Shown here: one piece after another, positions 41,062 to 51,884 of the stretch
How the letters are laid out: every line of letters starts with the position of its first letter
How positions within the stretch are numbered: the first letter of the stretch is position 1
Assembly (NCBI GenBank): GCA_963715985.1
Contig: CAVQSP010000013.1
Location: 384,001 to 448,000, forward strand
Origin: an uncultured Thermoleophilia bacterium
Lineage (GTDB): Bacteria; Actinomycetota; Thermoleophilia; UBA2241
Length of the DNA: 64,000 nucleotides
Direction of reading: 5' to 3'
Translations under genes and position numbers: made by a program
The notes under the pieces: model-generated
Databases searched by the model: none
Seen by the model: the letters and a program-made list of their open reading frames with translations, nothing else
Told to the model about the DNA's origin: nothing

Positions 41062-42707
41062 GCCGCCTGGACCTCGTCGTCGCCGGCGCCCGCGTGGTGG
41101 ACGGGTGCGGCAACCCGTGGTTCTACGGCGACGTGGGCATACGCGGCGACCGCGTGGCCGCCATCGGACGGCCGGGGACGCTGCGGGCGCCGGCCGTCGT
41201 CGAGGCCGGCGGCCGCTACGTGTGCCCGGGGTTCATCGATCCGCACACGCACTCCGACGTCTCGATCCTGCTGCACCCGCGCGCCGACTCCGCGGTACGC
41301 CAGGGCGTCACCACCCACGTCACCGGCAACTGCGGCATGTCGGCGGCGCCGGTGAGCGTCGCCCACCGCGACGACGCCGTACACAACTGGGGCCACTACG
41401 CCTGGGACCTCGCGGGCGTCGCCTGGGACTGGCGCACGTTCGGCCAGTACCTCAGGGCACTCGGCCGCGCCGGCCACGCCATCAACATCGCGCCGCTCGT
41501 AGGGCACGGGGCCCTGCGCCTGGCCGTGGTCGGGTTCGCCGAGCGGGCCGTCAGCGCGCGCGAACTGGCGCGCATGGAGCGCCTCCTCGACGAGGCCATG
41601 CGCGCCGGCGCCCACGGCATGTCGAGCGGCCTCGTCTATCCTCCCGGCTGCTTCGCCGACACCGGCGAGCTCCTGCGTCTGTGCCGCGTGGTGGCCAGGT
41701 ACGGCGGCATCTACACGTCGCACGTGCGCGGCGAGCGCGAGACCATCCTCGAGGCGGTCGCCGAGGCCATCGCCATCGGTCGCGCCGCCGGCGTGGCCGT
41801 GGAGGTCTCGCACAACGCGCCCAAATGGGGCGCGCCTGAGGACGCGAGCGCCAATCTGGCGCTCATGGAGCAGGCGCGCCGCGAGGGTCTGGACGTGACC
41901 ACCGACAACGACGCGCATCCGGAGCTGGCGCCACGCCTCTCCCGCGCCCTGCCGCAGCCGCTGCTGGATGTGAGCCGCGAGGAGCTGCTCGCGCTGCTCG
42001 CGGACCCGGCGCGGCGCGAGCAGCTGCGCCGCGACATCGCCGAGGACGTCCTCCCCGGCGCCGGCTACCTCGGCCTCGTCCGGCACGGCCGCTTCGACCG
42101 TATCGTCATCCTCCACGCCGGGCGGCATCCGGAGTTGCGCGGCCGCGCCGTCGCGGACATCGCCGCCGAGCGCGGCCGTGACCCCTTCGACGTCTTCCTC
42201 GACCTCATCGTCGAGGAGGACGACGACGTGGTCGGCATCTTCGACTACATCCTCGAGGACGACATCCGCGCCCTGCTGCGCAGCCCGCTCGCCATGGTGT
42301 CGTCGGATGGTCTGGTCATGCCGCCGGCCGACGAGATCGACGATCCCGCCCTGTACTGGCCCTGCAGCTACGGCGAGTACGCAGGCGTTCTGGCCCGCTT
42401 CGTGCGCGAGGAGGGTGTGCTGCGCCTCGAGGAGGCCGTGCGCAAGATGACCTCCTTCCCGGCGCAGCGCTTCGGCCTGCACGACCGCGGCGTGCTGCGT
42501 CCCGGCCTCAAGGCCGATCTCGTGGTGTTCGACCTCGAGAGGGTGCGGGACCGCGCCACCAACCGCTTCCCCCACACCTATCCCTTCGCGAACATCCCAC
42601 ACCGGCACGCCGAGGGCTTCGACTGGGTGATCGTCAACGGCGAGCCGGTGATCGCCGACGGCGAGCACACGGGAGCACTGCCCGGGCGGGTGCTTCGCCG
42701 CAGCTGA
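41058..42707 (+). CDS. N-acyl-D-amino-acid deacylase (D-aminoacylase) family
   Basis: VVDGCGNP...DVGI, PGFIDPHTHSD, QGVTT..GNCG, SSGL.YPPG, SHVRGE, KMTSFPA.RFGL, ADLVVFD. Confidence 0.93.
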   Translation: MSRLDLVVAGARVVDGCGNPWFYGDVGIRGDRVAAIGRPGTLRAPAVVEAGGRYVCPGFIDPHTHSDVSILLHPRADSAVRQGVTTHVTGNCGMSAAPVSVAHRDDAVHNWGHYAWDLAGVAWDWRTFGQYLRALGRAGHAINIAPLVGHGALRLAVVGFAERAVSARELARMERLLDEAMRAGAHGMSSGLVYPPGCFADTGELLRLCRVVARYGGIYTSHVRGERETILEAVAEAIAIGRAAGVAVEVSHNAPKWGAPEDASANLALMEQARREGLDVTTDNDAHPELAPRLSRALPQPLLDVSREELLALLADPARREQLRRDIAEDVLPGAGYLGLVRHGRFDRIVILHAGRHPELRGRAVADIAAERGRDPFDVFLDLIVEEDDDVVGIFDYILEDDIRALLRSPLAMVSSDGLVMPPADEIDDPALYWPCSYGEYAGVLARFVREEGVLRLEEAVRKMTSFPAQRFGLHDRGVLRPGLKADLVVFDLERVRDRATNRFPHTYPFANIPHRHAEGFDWVIVNGEPVIADGEHTGALPGRVLRRS

Positions 42708-42820
42708 TGGGCCACCGCGGCCAGAGCGCTCCCGCACCGAGGTCCAGAACGTACACGCCACCGCGGCCTCTTTTGTCACATGTTGTGGTGTCACACTTGG
42801 ACATGCTGTAGAATCTCCCC

Positions 42821-44479
42821 ATGATCACGGTCCAGGACATCCTCGAGATCCCGGATCTCGACCTCCGCCTGCTCGCCGGCACCAAGTCCACGAGCAACCC
42901 CGTGCGCTGGGTGCACATCACTGAAGTCCCCGACCCCACCAAGTGGCTCAAGGGCGGGGAACTGCTGCTCACCACCGGCTACGGCTTCGTCGGCAACGAA
43001 GAGGAGCAGGTGGCGCAGATGAAGCGCCTCATCGACCACAACATCTCGGGCCTCGGCTTCGGCACCGGGTTCAGTTTCGACAAGGTGCCCCCGGCTCTCG
43101 TCAGGGTGGCCGAAGAGTACGGCTTCCCGCTGTTCGAGGTGCCGTACCACGTGCCGTTCATCGCCATCACCGAGGCCGTGGCGTCCAAGATCGTCAACGA
43201 GCAGTACTCGCTTCTGCAGCGCAGCCTCGCCGTGCACGAGAAGCTCACCAAGATCGTGCTGGAGGAGAAGGGCCTCGAGGCCATCCTCTCGACGCTCTCG
43301 GCCCTCGTCGGCTGCTCCGCCGTGCTCTTCGACTTCCACGGCGTGGTGCTCTGCGAGGCCGCCTATCGCCGGCGCCTCGGCGGCGAGCTCATCGCCGACC
43401 TCTGGGGCCGCATCAGCGACCGCCGCGCGGACCGCCAGAACTTCGCCCTCACCATCGCCGGGGTGGCTTCCGGCGTCCAGGTGTACCCGGTGGTCGCCTC
43501 GCACCGCATCGGCGCGTTTCTCGCCGTGGTCAAGGACAGCGGCGACTTCAGCGAGTACGACCGCATCATCCTGCACAACGTGGTCACCGTGACGGCCCTC
43601 GAGCTGGTCAAGAAGAAGGCCGTCGCCGAGACCGAGAAGCGCCTCGCCGGCGACTTCTTCGACGAGCTCATCGCCAGCGACCTCTACGAGGAGGAGATCG
43701 CCCGCCGGCTCGCGTTCTTCGGGCTGGACCCGCTCTCGCCGCACCTCATCCTGCTCCTGGACATCGATGCGGCGCCCGAGGGCGGCGCGGATGCCGTCCA
43801 GGCCGGCGCCCAGGACGTGCGCGAGCGGCTCCACTGGGCGGTGGACGAGTTCATGGCGCGACGCGACGTGCTCTTCATCTCGGCTTCGAGGGCCGACTCG
43901 GTGGTCATCCTCGTGCAGCCGGGCAAGGCGGACGGCAGCGACGTCATCGGCCTGGCCGGGGAACTGCAGGCGGCCATCGGCCAGCTCCTCCCCGAGGTCA
44001 GCGTGTCACTCGGCATCGGCCGCCCGCACCGCCAGCTCATCGACCTGCGGCAGAGCTACTACGAGGCCAGCTACGCCATCAAGATCCGCACGCTCAAGGG
44101 CGAGCGCCGCGTCATCGCCAGCTTCGACGACCTCGGGTCCTACGGCCTGCTGCTCGGTCTGCAGGACACGCTGTCCCTGCAGGTCTTCTACGACAGCGTG
44201 CTCGGCAAGCTTCAGGAGTACGACGAGCAGAACTCCAGCGACCTCGTCAAGAGCCTCGCCTGCTTCCTCGAGGCCAACGGCCATTGGGGCGACGCTGCCG
44301 AGAAGCTGTACGTGCACCGGCACACCTTGCGGTACCGCATGAAGCGGGTGGAGGAGATCACCGGCCGCGACCTCGACCAGTCACAGGATCGCATGGAGTT
44401 CTGGCTGGCGCTCAAGGCCAAGGAGCTCATCGACCAGTCCCAGAAGGGCAAACCGGGCCCGGACGCACGGCGCTCCTGA
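42821..44479 (+). CDS. PucR-family transcriptional regulator
   Basis: VRWVHITEVPDP..WL.GGELLLTTG N-domain; C-terminal HTH LYVHRHTLRYR; TAGAAT 6 nt before ATG. Confidence 0.95.
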   Translation: MITVQDILEIPDLDLRLLAGTKSTSNPVRWVHITEVPDPTKWLKGGELLLTTGYGFVGNEEEQVAQMKRLIDHNISGLGFGTGFSFDKVPPALVRVAEEYGFPLFEVPYHVPFIAITEAVASKIVNEQYSLLQRSLAVHEKLTKIVLEEKGLEAILSTLSALVGCSAVLFDFHGVVLCEAAYRRRLGGELIADLWGRISDRRADRQNFALTIAGVASGVQVYPVVASHRIGAFLAVVKDSGDFSEYDRIILHNVVTVTALELVKKKAVAETEKRLAGDFFDELIASDLYEEEIARRLAFFGLDPLSPHLILLLDIDAAPEGGADAVQAGAQDVRERLHWAVDEFMARRDVLFISASRADSVVILVQPGKADGSDVIGLAGELQAAIGQLLPEVSVSLGIGRPHRQLIDLRQSYYEASYAIKIRTLKGERRVIASFDDLGSYGLLLGLQDTLSLQVFYDSVLGKLQEYDEQNSSDLVKSLACFLEANGHWGDAAEKLYVHRHTLRYRMKRVEEITGRDLDQSQDRMEFWLALKAKELIDQSQKGKPGPDARRS

Positions 44480-44584
44480 GCCCGCTCCGGGACGAGGCTC
44501 GCTAGCGGCCGCAGGCACTCCAGCGAGCGGGGCGCCAACGAGCTGGGGAACGGCTCGGATGTCGCAGACCAGGCACACCGCTCA

Positions 44585-45349
44585 CTAGGACGTCACCAGC
44601 GAGCCGTTGTCCACCACCACGTTGACGCCCGTCACCGCGTCCGTCCCCAGGCAGAACCGCACCGCGGCGCCGATGTCGCGCGTGCTCACGAGCCGCTCGG
44701 ACGCCACCTTGGAGGCGGCGCGCAACGTGGCCTCGCGGTGCTCGTCGTCATCGAGGTCCACGGGGCCCGGCGCCACGCCGCACACGCGCACGCCCTCGGG
44801 TGCCCAGGCGCGGGCCAGCTCCTTGACCAGGTGGATCTGCGCGGCTTTGGCGGCGCCGTGGGCGGCGAAGTTGGCCCACGGCTGCAGGCCGAGGTAGTCG
44901 GTGAGCGCGATGATGGCGCCGGCCGGCTCCGGGGCGCCGGCCACTCGGTCCGAGAGGAACTGCTCACGGGCCGCGCAGGCCGCGAAGAAGAACCCTTTCG
45001 CGATGGTGTCCAGCGAGCCGTCCCACGAGGCCTCGTCCAGGTCCTGCGGCGGCGTCGGCACGAAGGGCCCGCTGGCCGCGAACACGAGCCCGTCCAGCCC
45101 GCCGAGCGCCGCGGCCGCCTCGGAGACGAGCCGGGCGGCGGCCGCGGGCCGACGCACGTCGCCGGCCACGGCCGCGGCGTACGGCGCGCCGGCCGCGCGC
45201 AGCGCGGCGACCTGCGCCGCGGCGGCCTCGCCGGCCTCGCGCGAGGAGACGCAGACGGAGGCGCCGGCCCCGGCGAGGTCGAGCGCGATGGCCCTCCCCA
45301 GCCGGCGGACGCCGCCGATCACGAGCAGTCTGGCGCCGGCGACCTTCAT
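44585..45349 (-). CDS. Short-chain dehydrogenase, pteridine reductase (FolM)-like
   Basis: IGGVRRLGRAIA, HGAAK, VRV.GVAPGPV, VTG..V.VD.G. Confidence 0.85.
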   Translation of the reverse strand: MKVAGARLLVIGGVRRLGRAIALDLAGAGASVCVSSREAGEAAAAQVAALRAAGAPYAAAVAGDVRRPAAAARLVSEAAAALGGLDGLVFAASGPFVPTPPQDLDEASWDGSLDTIAKGFFFAACAAREQFLSDRVAGAPEPAGAIIALTDYLGLQPWANFAAHGAAKAAQIHLVKELARAWAPEGVRVCGVAPGPVDLDDDEHREATLRAASKVASERLVSTRDIGAAVRFCLGTDAVTGVNVVVDNGSLVTS

Positions 45350-46356
45350 GCCGGCTCCCCGAGGTGCTCGTACAGTTCTGCGGCGATGCTCGCGATGGCG
45401 GCCGAAGCCTGCCCCCGGCTGCGCTCGGGCAGGCCCTTCCAGAAGACCACCATCACCACGGGCGCGCCGGACGGAGTGAAGACGAGGGCGGCGTCGTTGC
45501 TCGTCCCGGTCACGCCGCCGGTCTTGTTGGCCACCAGCAGGCCGGGCGGCAGCCCGGCGGGGATCTTGTCGCGCCACTCCTGGCGGCTGAGGATCTCGAT
45601 CATGAGCCGGCAGCTCGGGGCAGAGGCGCAGCGTGCTTCGGCGATCATGGCCAGCAGCTCGGCCATGTCGCGCGGGGAGCCCTGGTTGTCCAGGGCCTGG
45701 TCGACGGCGAAGGCGTCGTCGTAACCCAGCGACTCGTCCGGTCCCCAGCGCTCGTCGTAGCGGTGCTGGAAGCCCGCACCGCTGAGCCGCTCGTTCTCCT
45801 CGAGCACGCGCGCGAACGCTGCTTCGCCCTCGCCGCGCGCCTCCAGCTCGTGCCACCGCGCCACGATCTGCGGGCCGCTCAGCGCGCTCCACTCGCTGCC
45901 CAGGCCGCACTCCATGAGGAAGTACTCGCGGTTGGGCATGCGGCAGTCGATGCTGTCGAGCCCCAGACCCCTCATCGTGTGGTTGACCGACCCGAGGCCC
46001 ACCAGCCGCCACAGCATGTCGGTGGCGGTGTTGTCGCTAAGGGTGATCATGAGGTAGAGGAGGTCTCTCACCGAAGGCTGCAGGCCTTCCTTGCAGTGAA
46101 TGAGGGTGCTCCCCGGGCTCTTGTCGCTCTCGTGCAAAGTGAGGCGGTCGTCGAGCCGGACGGCGCCGCCGTCGACCCTGCGCATCACCTCGACCATGAC
46201 GGGGATCTTGAAGCAGCTCGCCATCGGGAACAGCTCGTCGGCGTTGACGCAGACGGCCGCTTCGCTGGCGAGATTGCGGGCGGCCACGCCCACCGTACCG
46301 CCCAGCGCGGACGACACGGCCGCGACGCGCTCGTGGACCCCCTCCGGCCTGGCCAT
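45346..46356 (-). CDS. Serine hydrolase of class A beta-lactamase-like fold
   Basis: ASCFK (SxxK), SDNTAT (SxN), NKTG; no signal peptide. Confidence 0.88.
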   Translation of the reverse strand: MARPEGVHERVAAVSSALGGTVGVAARNLASEAAVCVNADELFPMASCFKIPVMVEVMRRVDGGAVRLDDRLTLHESDKSPGSTLIHCKEGLQPSVRDLLYLMITLSDNTATDMLWRLVGLGSVNHTMRGLGLDSIDCRMPNREYFLMECGLGSEWSALSGPQIVARWHELEARGEGEAAFARVLEENERLSGAGFQHRYDERWGPDESLGYDDAFAVDQALDNQGSPRDMAELLAMIAEARCASAPSCRLMIEILSRQEWRDKIPAGLPPGLLVANKTGGVTGTSNDAALVFTPSGAPVVMVVFWKGLPERSRGQASAAIASIAAELYEHLGEPA

Positions 46357-46492
46357 GGACACGCCTCCCTTCGGCTCGTGCGCCAACGATACACGAGCTG
46401 CGCGATGCGGAGCCAGTGAGCGCGCCCATCCTTTGGGCGCTGTGCAGCGGATGGGCGATTTCTTTGCATTGTGGGCTTTTCTGTGCGTTCCG

Positions 46493-46510
46493 TTGTGCTA
46501 GAGTGCACAA
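46493..46510. promoter_or_regulatory. Palindromic operator in the divergent hydrolase/ald region
   Basis: TTGTGC-TAGAGT-GCACAA plus several extra TGTGC half-sites in an AT-rich patch. Confidence 0.55.
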
Positions 46511-46578
46511 ACACGCACGACTCTGTGCATCCGCACGCGCGGAGAACGAAATCAACCGACAAGGAGCGAGGAGGAGCC

Positions 46579-47700
<1,122 letters not shown>

Positions 47701-47888
47701 CAGCGCTTTCGGCTCCCGTGCGGCCAGTGGCCGCCTGCGGGCTCACGTGCCAGAATGGAGCCGCGCTCGGACCGACGTCCGGGCGCGGCTCCATCCGTTC
47801 CGGGCGAGACTCCGGTGCGCGGGACATGCGGCGTGCGCGGAGGGGACGGGGGGAGCGCCGAAGCACCTCACGCGGCAAAGGAGCACGA

Positions 47889-49627
47889 ATGGGCGACCTT
47901 CTCCGTATCGACCTCACCACGCGGACCACCAGCGAAGAGACGGTGCCTCCGCAGCTCATCAAGGAGCTCATCGGCGCCAAGGGCATCGGCACGCACTATC
48001 TCTGCGAGGAGGTCGGGCCGGACGTCGACCCGCTGAGCCCCGGCAACAAGCTCATCTTCGTGGTCGGGCCCATGGGCGGCACCACCATGCTGGGCAGCAA
48101 CCGGTACTCCGTGTTCTTCGCCTCGCCGCTCACCAACGGCTACGGCGAGTGCTACTCGGGCGGCAACCTCACGCCGCAGTTCGCCAGACCGGCTACAAGG
48201 TGGTCATCGTCGAGGGCAAGGCCGATGGACCTGCCTACCTCGAAGATCAGCGAACAGGGTGCTGCGTTCCACGACGCCTCCGACTCTGTGGGGGATGGAC
48301 GCGTTCAAGGCCGAGGACGCGATGCTCGCGCGCACGCCAGCACCAGAAGGCGCAGGCCTGCGTCATCGGCCAGGCCGGCGAGCAGCTCGTGCGGTTCGCC
48401 TGCGTCAACAACAACTACTGGCACCAGCTCGGTCGCGGCGGCCCGGGCGCCGTGTTCGGCTCCAAGAACCTCAAGGGCGTGGTCTGGCACGGCGAGAAGA
48501 AGGTCGAGGTGGCGCGTCCGGACGACTACAAGGCCGTGGTCCGCGACCTCATCGAGCGCATGCAAGGACGATCCCGGCGTCGCCGCCTACCAGCGCGGCG
48601 GCACGCTCAACATGGTGCGCGACCATGAACGGTCAGAACGCGTTCCCCACGAAGTACTGGCGCAGCGGCTCATTCGAGACCTTCGAGCGCATCACGGTCG
48701 AGACCATGCTGGCGGAGCACGGCACGGTCAACCAGACTTGCCCGCCGTGCGTGTTCAAGTGCGTCAAGCGCAACACGGTGTTCAAGGGTCGCCACGAGGG
48801 CCTCGTCGTCGAAGGGCCCCGAGTACGAGACCGCCTACGTGTTCGGCGGCCTCTGCTGCATCGACGACTTCGCCGAGATCATGTGGCTCAACGACCTCTG
48901 CGACCGCTTCGGCGTGGACACTATGGACGCCGGTAACCTGTGCGCGCTGGCCATCGAGTGCAGCCAGCGCGGCATCATCGACGAGAAGCTCGGCTGGAAC
49001 GACCCTGTCGGCGTCGGCGCCTTCCTCGAGAAGCTCTGCCTGCGTGAGGGCATCGGCGACCTGTGGGCCGAGGGCATCCTCGCGGTCGAGAAGGAGTATG
49101 GGCTCGAGGGCCTCGCCGTGCACTGCAAAGGCATGGCGCCGGCCGGCTACGAGCCCCGCCGCATGAAGGGAATGGGCCTGGGCTTCGCGACCACGCCGCG
49201 TGGCGCCTGCCACCTGCGCGCCACGATGTACAAGCCCGAGATCACGGGCGTCATCGACCCCCAGGAGGTCGTGGGCAAGGCGGCCATCTACTGCGACTGG
49301 GAAGACCGCCTCACCATCATGGACACGCTGATCTACTGCCGCTTCTACCGGGACATGGTGCAGTGGCCGTACATCACAGCGGTGGTCAACGCCGTCATCG
49401 GCACCGACTACACCGAAGAGGACCTGCACCGCATCGCCAACCGCATCATCGGCATGGGCAGGGACTTCAACCTGGCGCGCGGCATCGGCAGGGAGACCGA
49501 GCGGCTGCCGGAGTGGGTCTCGGACAAGCCGCGCGAAGACACGGGCTGGACGTTCCCGCAGAGCGAGATGGAGTACATGCTCGCCGAGTACTACGAGATC
49601 CGCGGCTGGGGGCCGCTGCCTGCCTGA
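47889..49627 (+). CDS. Aldehyde:ferredoxin oxidoreductase (W-AOR family) with about seven single-base indels at 48185-48820
   Basis: LRIDLT, VDPLSP.N, SPLT, GRGG.GAVFGSKNLK, C..C...C, EGPEYET, CD..G.DT, GACH when frames are joined; no in-frame stops. Confidence 0.85.
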
Positions 49628-49648
49628 CCCCCGCGGCCGGGCCGGTGT

Positions 49649-49981
49649 TCAGAGACCCAGGTACTCCCGGACCTTGCGGTACGGCCGCAAGCCGTCGTTG
49701 AACGCCAGCAGGAGGACCTGAAGGCGACGCACTGAAGCGTCCAGGGCATCGAGGTTGAGGGCGATCGCGTCCACCTTGAGGCCGATGTGGTAGCTCACCG
49801 AGGCGAGCTCCTCGGACCTGTGCGCCAAGCCCTCGGCGAGCGGCAGCGCCACCTTCGAGATCCTGATGCCGCGCTTGGCCAGCTTCCACGCCCTGTGCGC
49901 GAAGTAGGCGGCGAAGACCAGCACGATGACGAAGCTGATGAGCCCGACGGTGAGCAGGCCGAGTCCGTTGAAGTGCGTCAT
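49649..49981 (-). CDS. Hypothetical single-pass membrane protein
   Basis: N-terminal TM then helical segment; TACACT 7 nt before ATG. Confidence 0.65.
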   Translation of the reverse strand: MTHFNGLGLLTVGLISFVIVLVFAAYFAHRAWKLAKRGIRISKVALPLAEGLAHRSEELASVSYHIGLKVDAIALNLDALDASVRRLQVLLLAFNDGLRPYRKVREYLGL

Positions 49982-50035
49982 GCAGCACAGTGTACCGCGT
50001 TGCGCCGCGCTGTGACAGACGGACCCTGCGGGGGG

Positions 50036-51115
50036 CTACTGCAGGCGGATGGGGTACCTGCAGGCGAGCGCTGCGCCGCGTCCGGCGAGCCTGCTGACCT
50101 TGACGACGTCGCCGGTGTGTGGCGCTTCGATGAAGAGCCCGTTGCCGATGTAGATGCCGACGTGGTGGTAGAAGGCGGGCGTGCCGAAGAAGACGAGGTC
50201 CGCCGGTTGCAGCTGGTCGAACGGGACCGGGGTGCCCTGGTACGCCTGCATGGTGGCGCCGTGGGGGAAGCTCACGCCGAACTTGGCGTACACATAGAGC
50301 ACCAGGCCGGAGCAGTCGAAGCCGCCCGAGGGCGTGGCGCCGGCCCACACGTAGGGGATGCCCAGGTACCGCATCGTCTCCTTGACGAGCGCGATCTGGG
50401 CGGCGGTGCCGTTGATGCTGTCGATGTCCACGCCGACGGAGTCGGCGAGGCGCTGCGCCGCCATGGCGTCACGCAGCGCCTGCTGGCGGAGGAGCTCTTT
50501 GACGCGCGCGTCCAGGTCGGCGAGCAGGGCTTTGCGCTGCGCGAGCTGGTCCTCCACGTCCGCGCGCTTGGCGCGCAGGTCCTTCTCGCGCTCGAGGGCT
50601 TTGGCGCGGTCGTCCTCGATCTGCCCGGTGAGCCGTGCCACGTTGGTCTCGAGCTCCTCGATGCCGGCGACTGCGTCCGCGTCTGCCTGGCTGATCTGCT
50701 GGAAGTAGCCGATCTGCGTGTCGATCTCGGTGAAATCGCCGGTGCTGAGCAGGATGTCGAGCACGCTCACGCCGCCGTTCTTGTAGATGTCCGCCATACG
50801 CTCGCCGAGCACCGAGCGCGCCACGTCCAGCTGCGTCTCTGCGCGCGCGAGGTCGCTGCGCATGGCGATGAGCTGGACGTTGAGGTCGTCGAGCTCGGCG
50901 CGCGCCATGTTGTACTTCTCGATGGCGACCTCGACCTGGCGGTCGAGCTTCGCGACCTCCCGGCGCACCGTCGCGGCCTGTGTCTGGGCGCCGGCGAGAT
51001 CCTGCGCGGGGGGTGTGGCAAGAGCGGGGGCGGCGATAGCGGCGACGTACGCGACGCAGGCGACGAGGATCGCCGCCGCTGCCCAGCGTGCTCTGGTGTG
51101 TGCCCGGTGCTTCAA
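50036..51115 (-). CDS. NlpC/P60 peptidoglycan endopeptidase with PcsB-type coiled coil (CwlO/RipC-like)
   Basis: Signal peptide, coiled coil, LGIPYVWAG..GFDCSGL, DLVFF, HHVGIYIG; start taken at TTG 51115. Confidence 0.92.
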   Translation of the reverse strand: MKHRAHTRARWAAAAILVACVAYVAAIAAPALATPPAQDLAGAQTQAATVRREVAKLDRQVEVAIEKYNMARAELDDLNVQLIAMRSDLARAETQLDVARSVLGERMADIYKNGGVSVLDILLSTGDFTEIDTQIGYFQQISQADADAVAGIEELETNVARLTGQIEDDRAKALEREKDLRAKRADVEDQLAQRKALLADLDARVKELLRQQALRDAMAAQRLADSVGVDIDSINGTAAQIALVKETMRYLGIPYVWAGATPSGGFDCSGLVLYVYAKFGVSFPHGATMQAYQGTPVPFDQLQPADLVFFGTPAFYHHVGIYIGNGLFIEAPHTGDVVKVSRLAGRGAALACRYPIRLQ

Positions 51116-51245
51116 ACTCGTCCTTGCCGTGTACAGCACAGTGTATCGGAAGATGCGGCGCTCCCTTTACCGTCACACCCGCGTCCGCACGGGCCGGCGT
51201 CTTTACAATCGCCGACAGCCGGGTATACAATCCTCAATCCAACGT

Positions 51246-51322
<77 letters not shown>

Positions 51323-51331
51323 AGCCCTCCT

Positions 51332-51358
51332 GGGCCCCCGTTCGGGGGCCTTTCTTGT
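51332..51358 (+). terminator. Intrinsic terminator after tRNA
   Basis: GGCCCCC-GTTC-GGGGGCC followed by TTTCTTGT. Confidence 0.8.
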
Positions 51359-51529
51359 TGCCGGTCCGCACCGACCCCCGCGTCGCCGCGCACGGCCTCG
51401 CAAGGCCCCCCGCGGGGCCGCCGCAGCGAGGCCCGGTGCGGGCTGTGCATCCACAGCGTTCTCCCGAAGCCTTCTGCTATGCTCGGTGCGGTCTCGACAG
51501 GCGGCCCGCGCCGCCACGAAGGAGGCGTG

Positions 51530-51877
51530 ATGTCAGTGCTGCTCGTGGTGTCCTCGGCCCCTTACGGCAGCGAGGGTCCCTACAATGCGTTCCGTCTTGC
51601 CGACGCCCTCGCCATCCGCGAGGAGCACGTCGAGATCTTCCTCATGGGCGACGCCGTGCACGCGGCGCGCGCCGGGCAGGATCCCCGGGGCGCCCACGCC
51701 TCCCTCGAGCAGATGCTCCTGAGTCTGCTGGAGAAGGGCGTCGACGTGACCTGCTGCGGCACCTGCTGCACCACGCGCGGCGTGACCGAGGGCGACCTCG
51801 TCCCCCTGGCGCGCATGGGCACCGTCCACGACCTGGCGGCTGCCACGCTCCGCAGCGACCGGGTCGTCTCCTTCTGA
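51530..51877 (+). CDS. DsrE/YchN family protein
   Basis: APYGSE..YNAFRLA, FLMGDAV..A..GQ, CGTC...RG; AAGGAGG RBS. Confidence 0.9.
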   Translation: MSVLLVVSSAPYGSEGPYNAFRLADALAIREEHVEIFLMGDAVHAARAGQDPRGAHASLEQMLLSLLEKGVDVTCCGTCCTTRGVTEGDLVPLARMGTVHDLAAATLRSDRVVSF

Positions 51878-51884
51878 CGCCGTC

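Noticed and set aside
39714-42707. 997-aa C45-D-aminoacylase fusion in the ORF track
   Set aside because: Artefact of two frameshifts: the C45 C-terminus continues in another frame to 41061 and overlaps the aminoacylase ATG (ATGA)
45346-46356. Bona fide beta-lactam resistance gene
   Set aside because: No signal peptide and no recognisable ExxLN omega-loop motif
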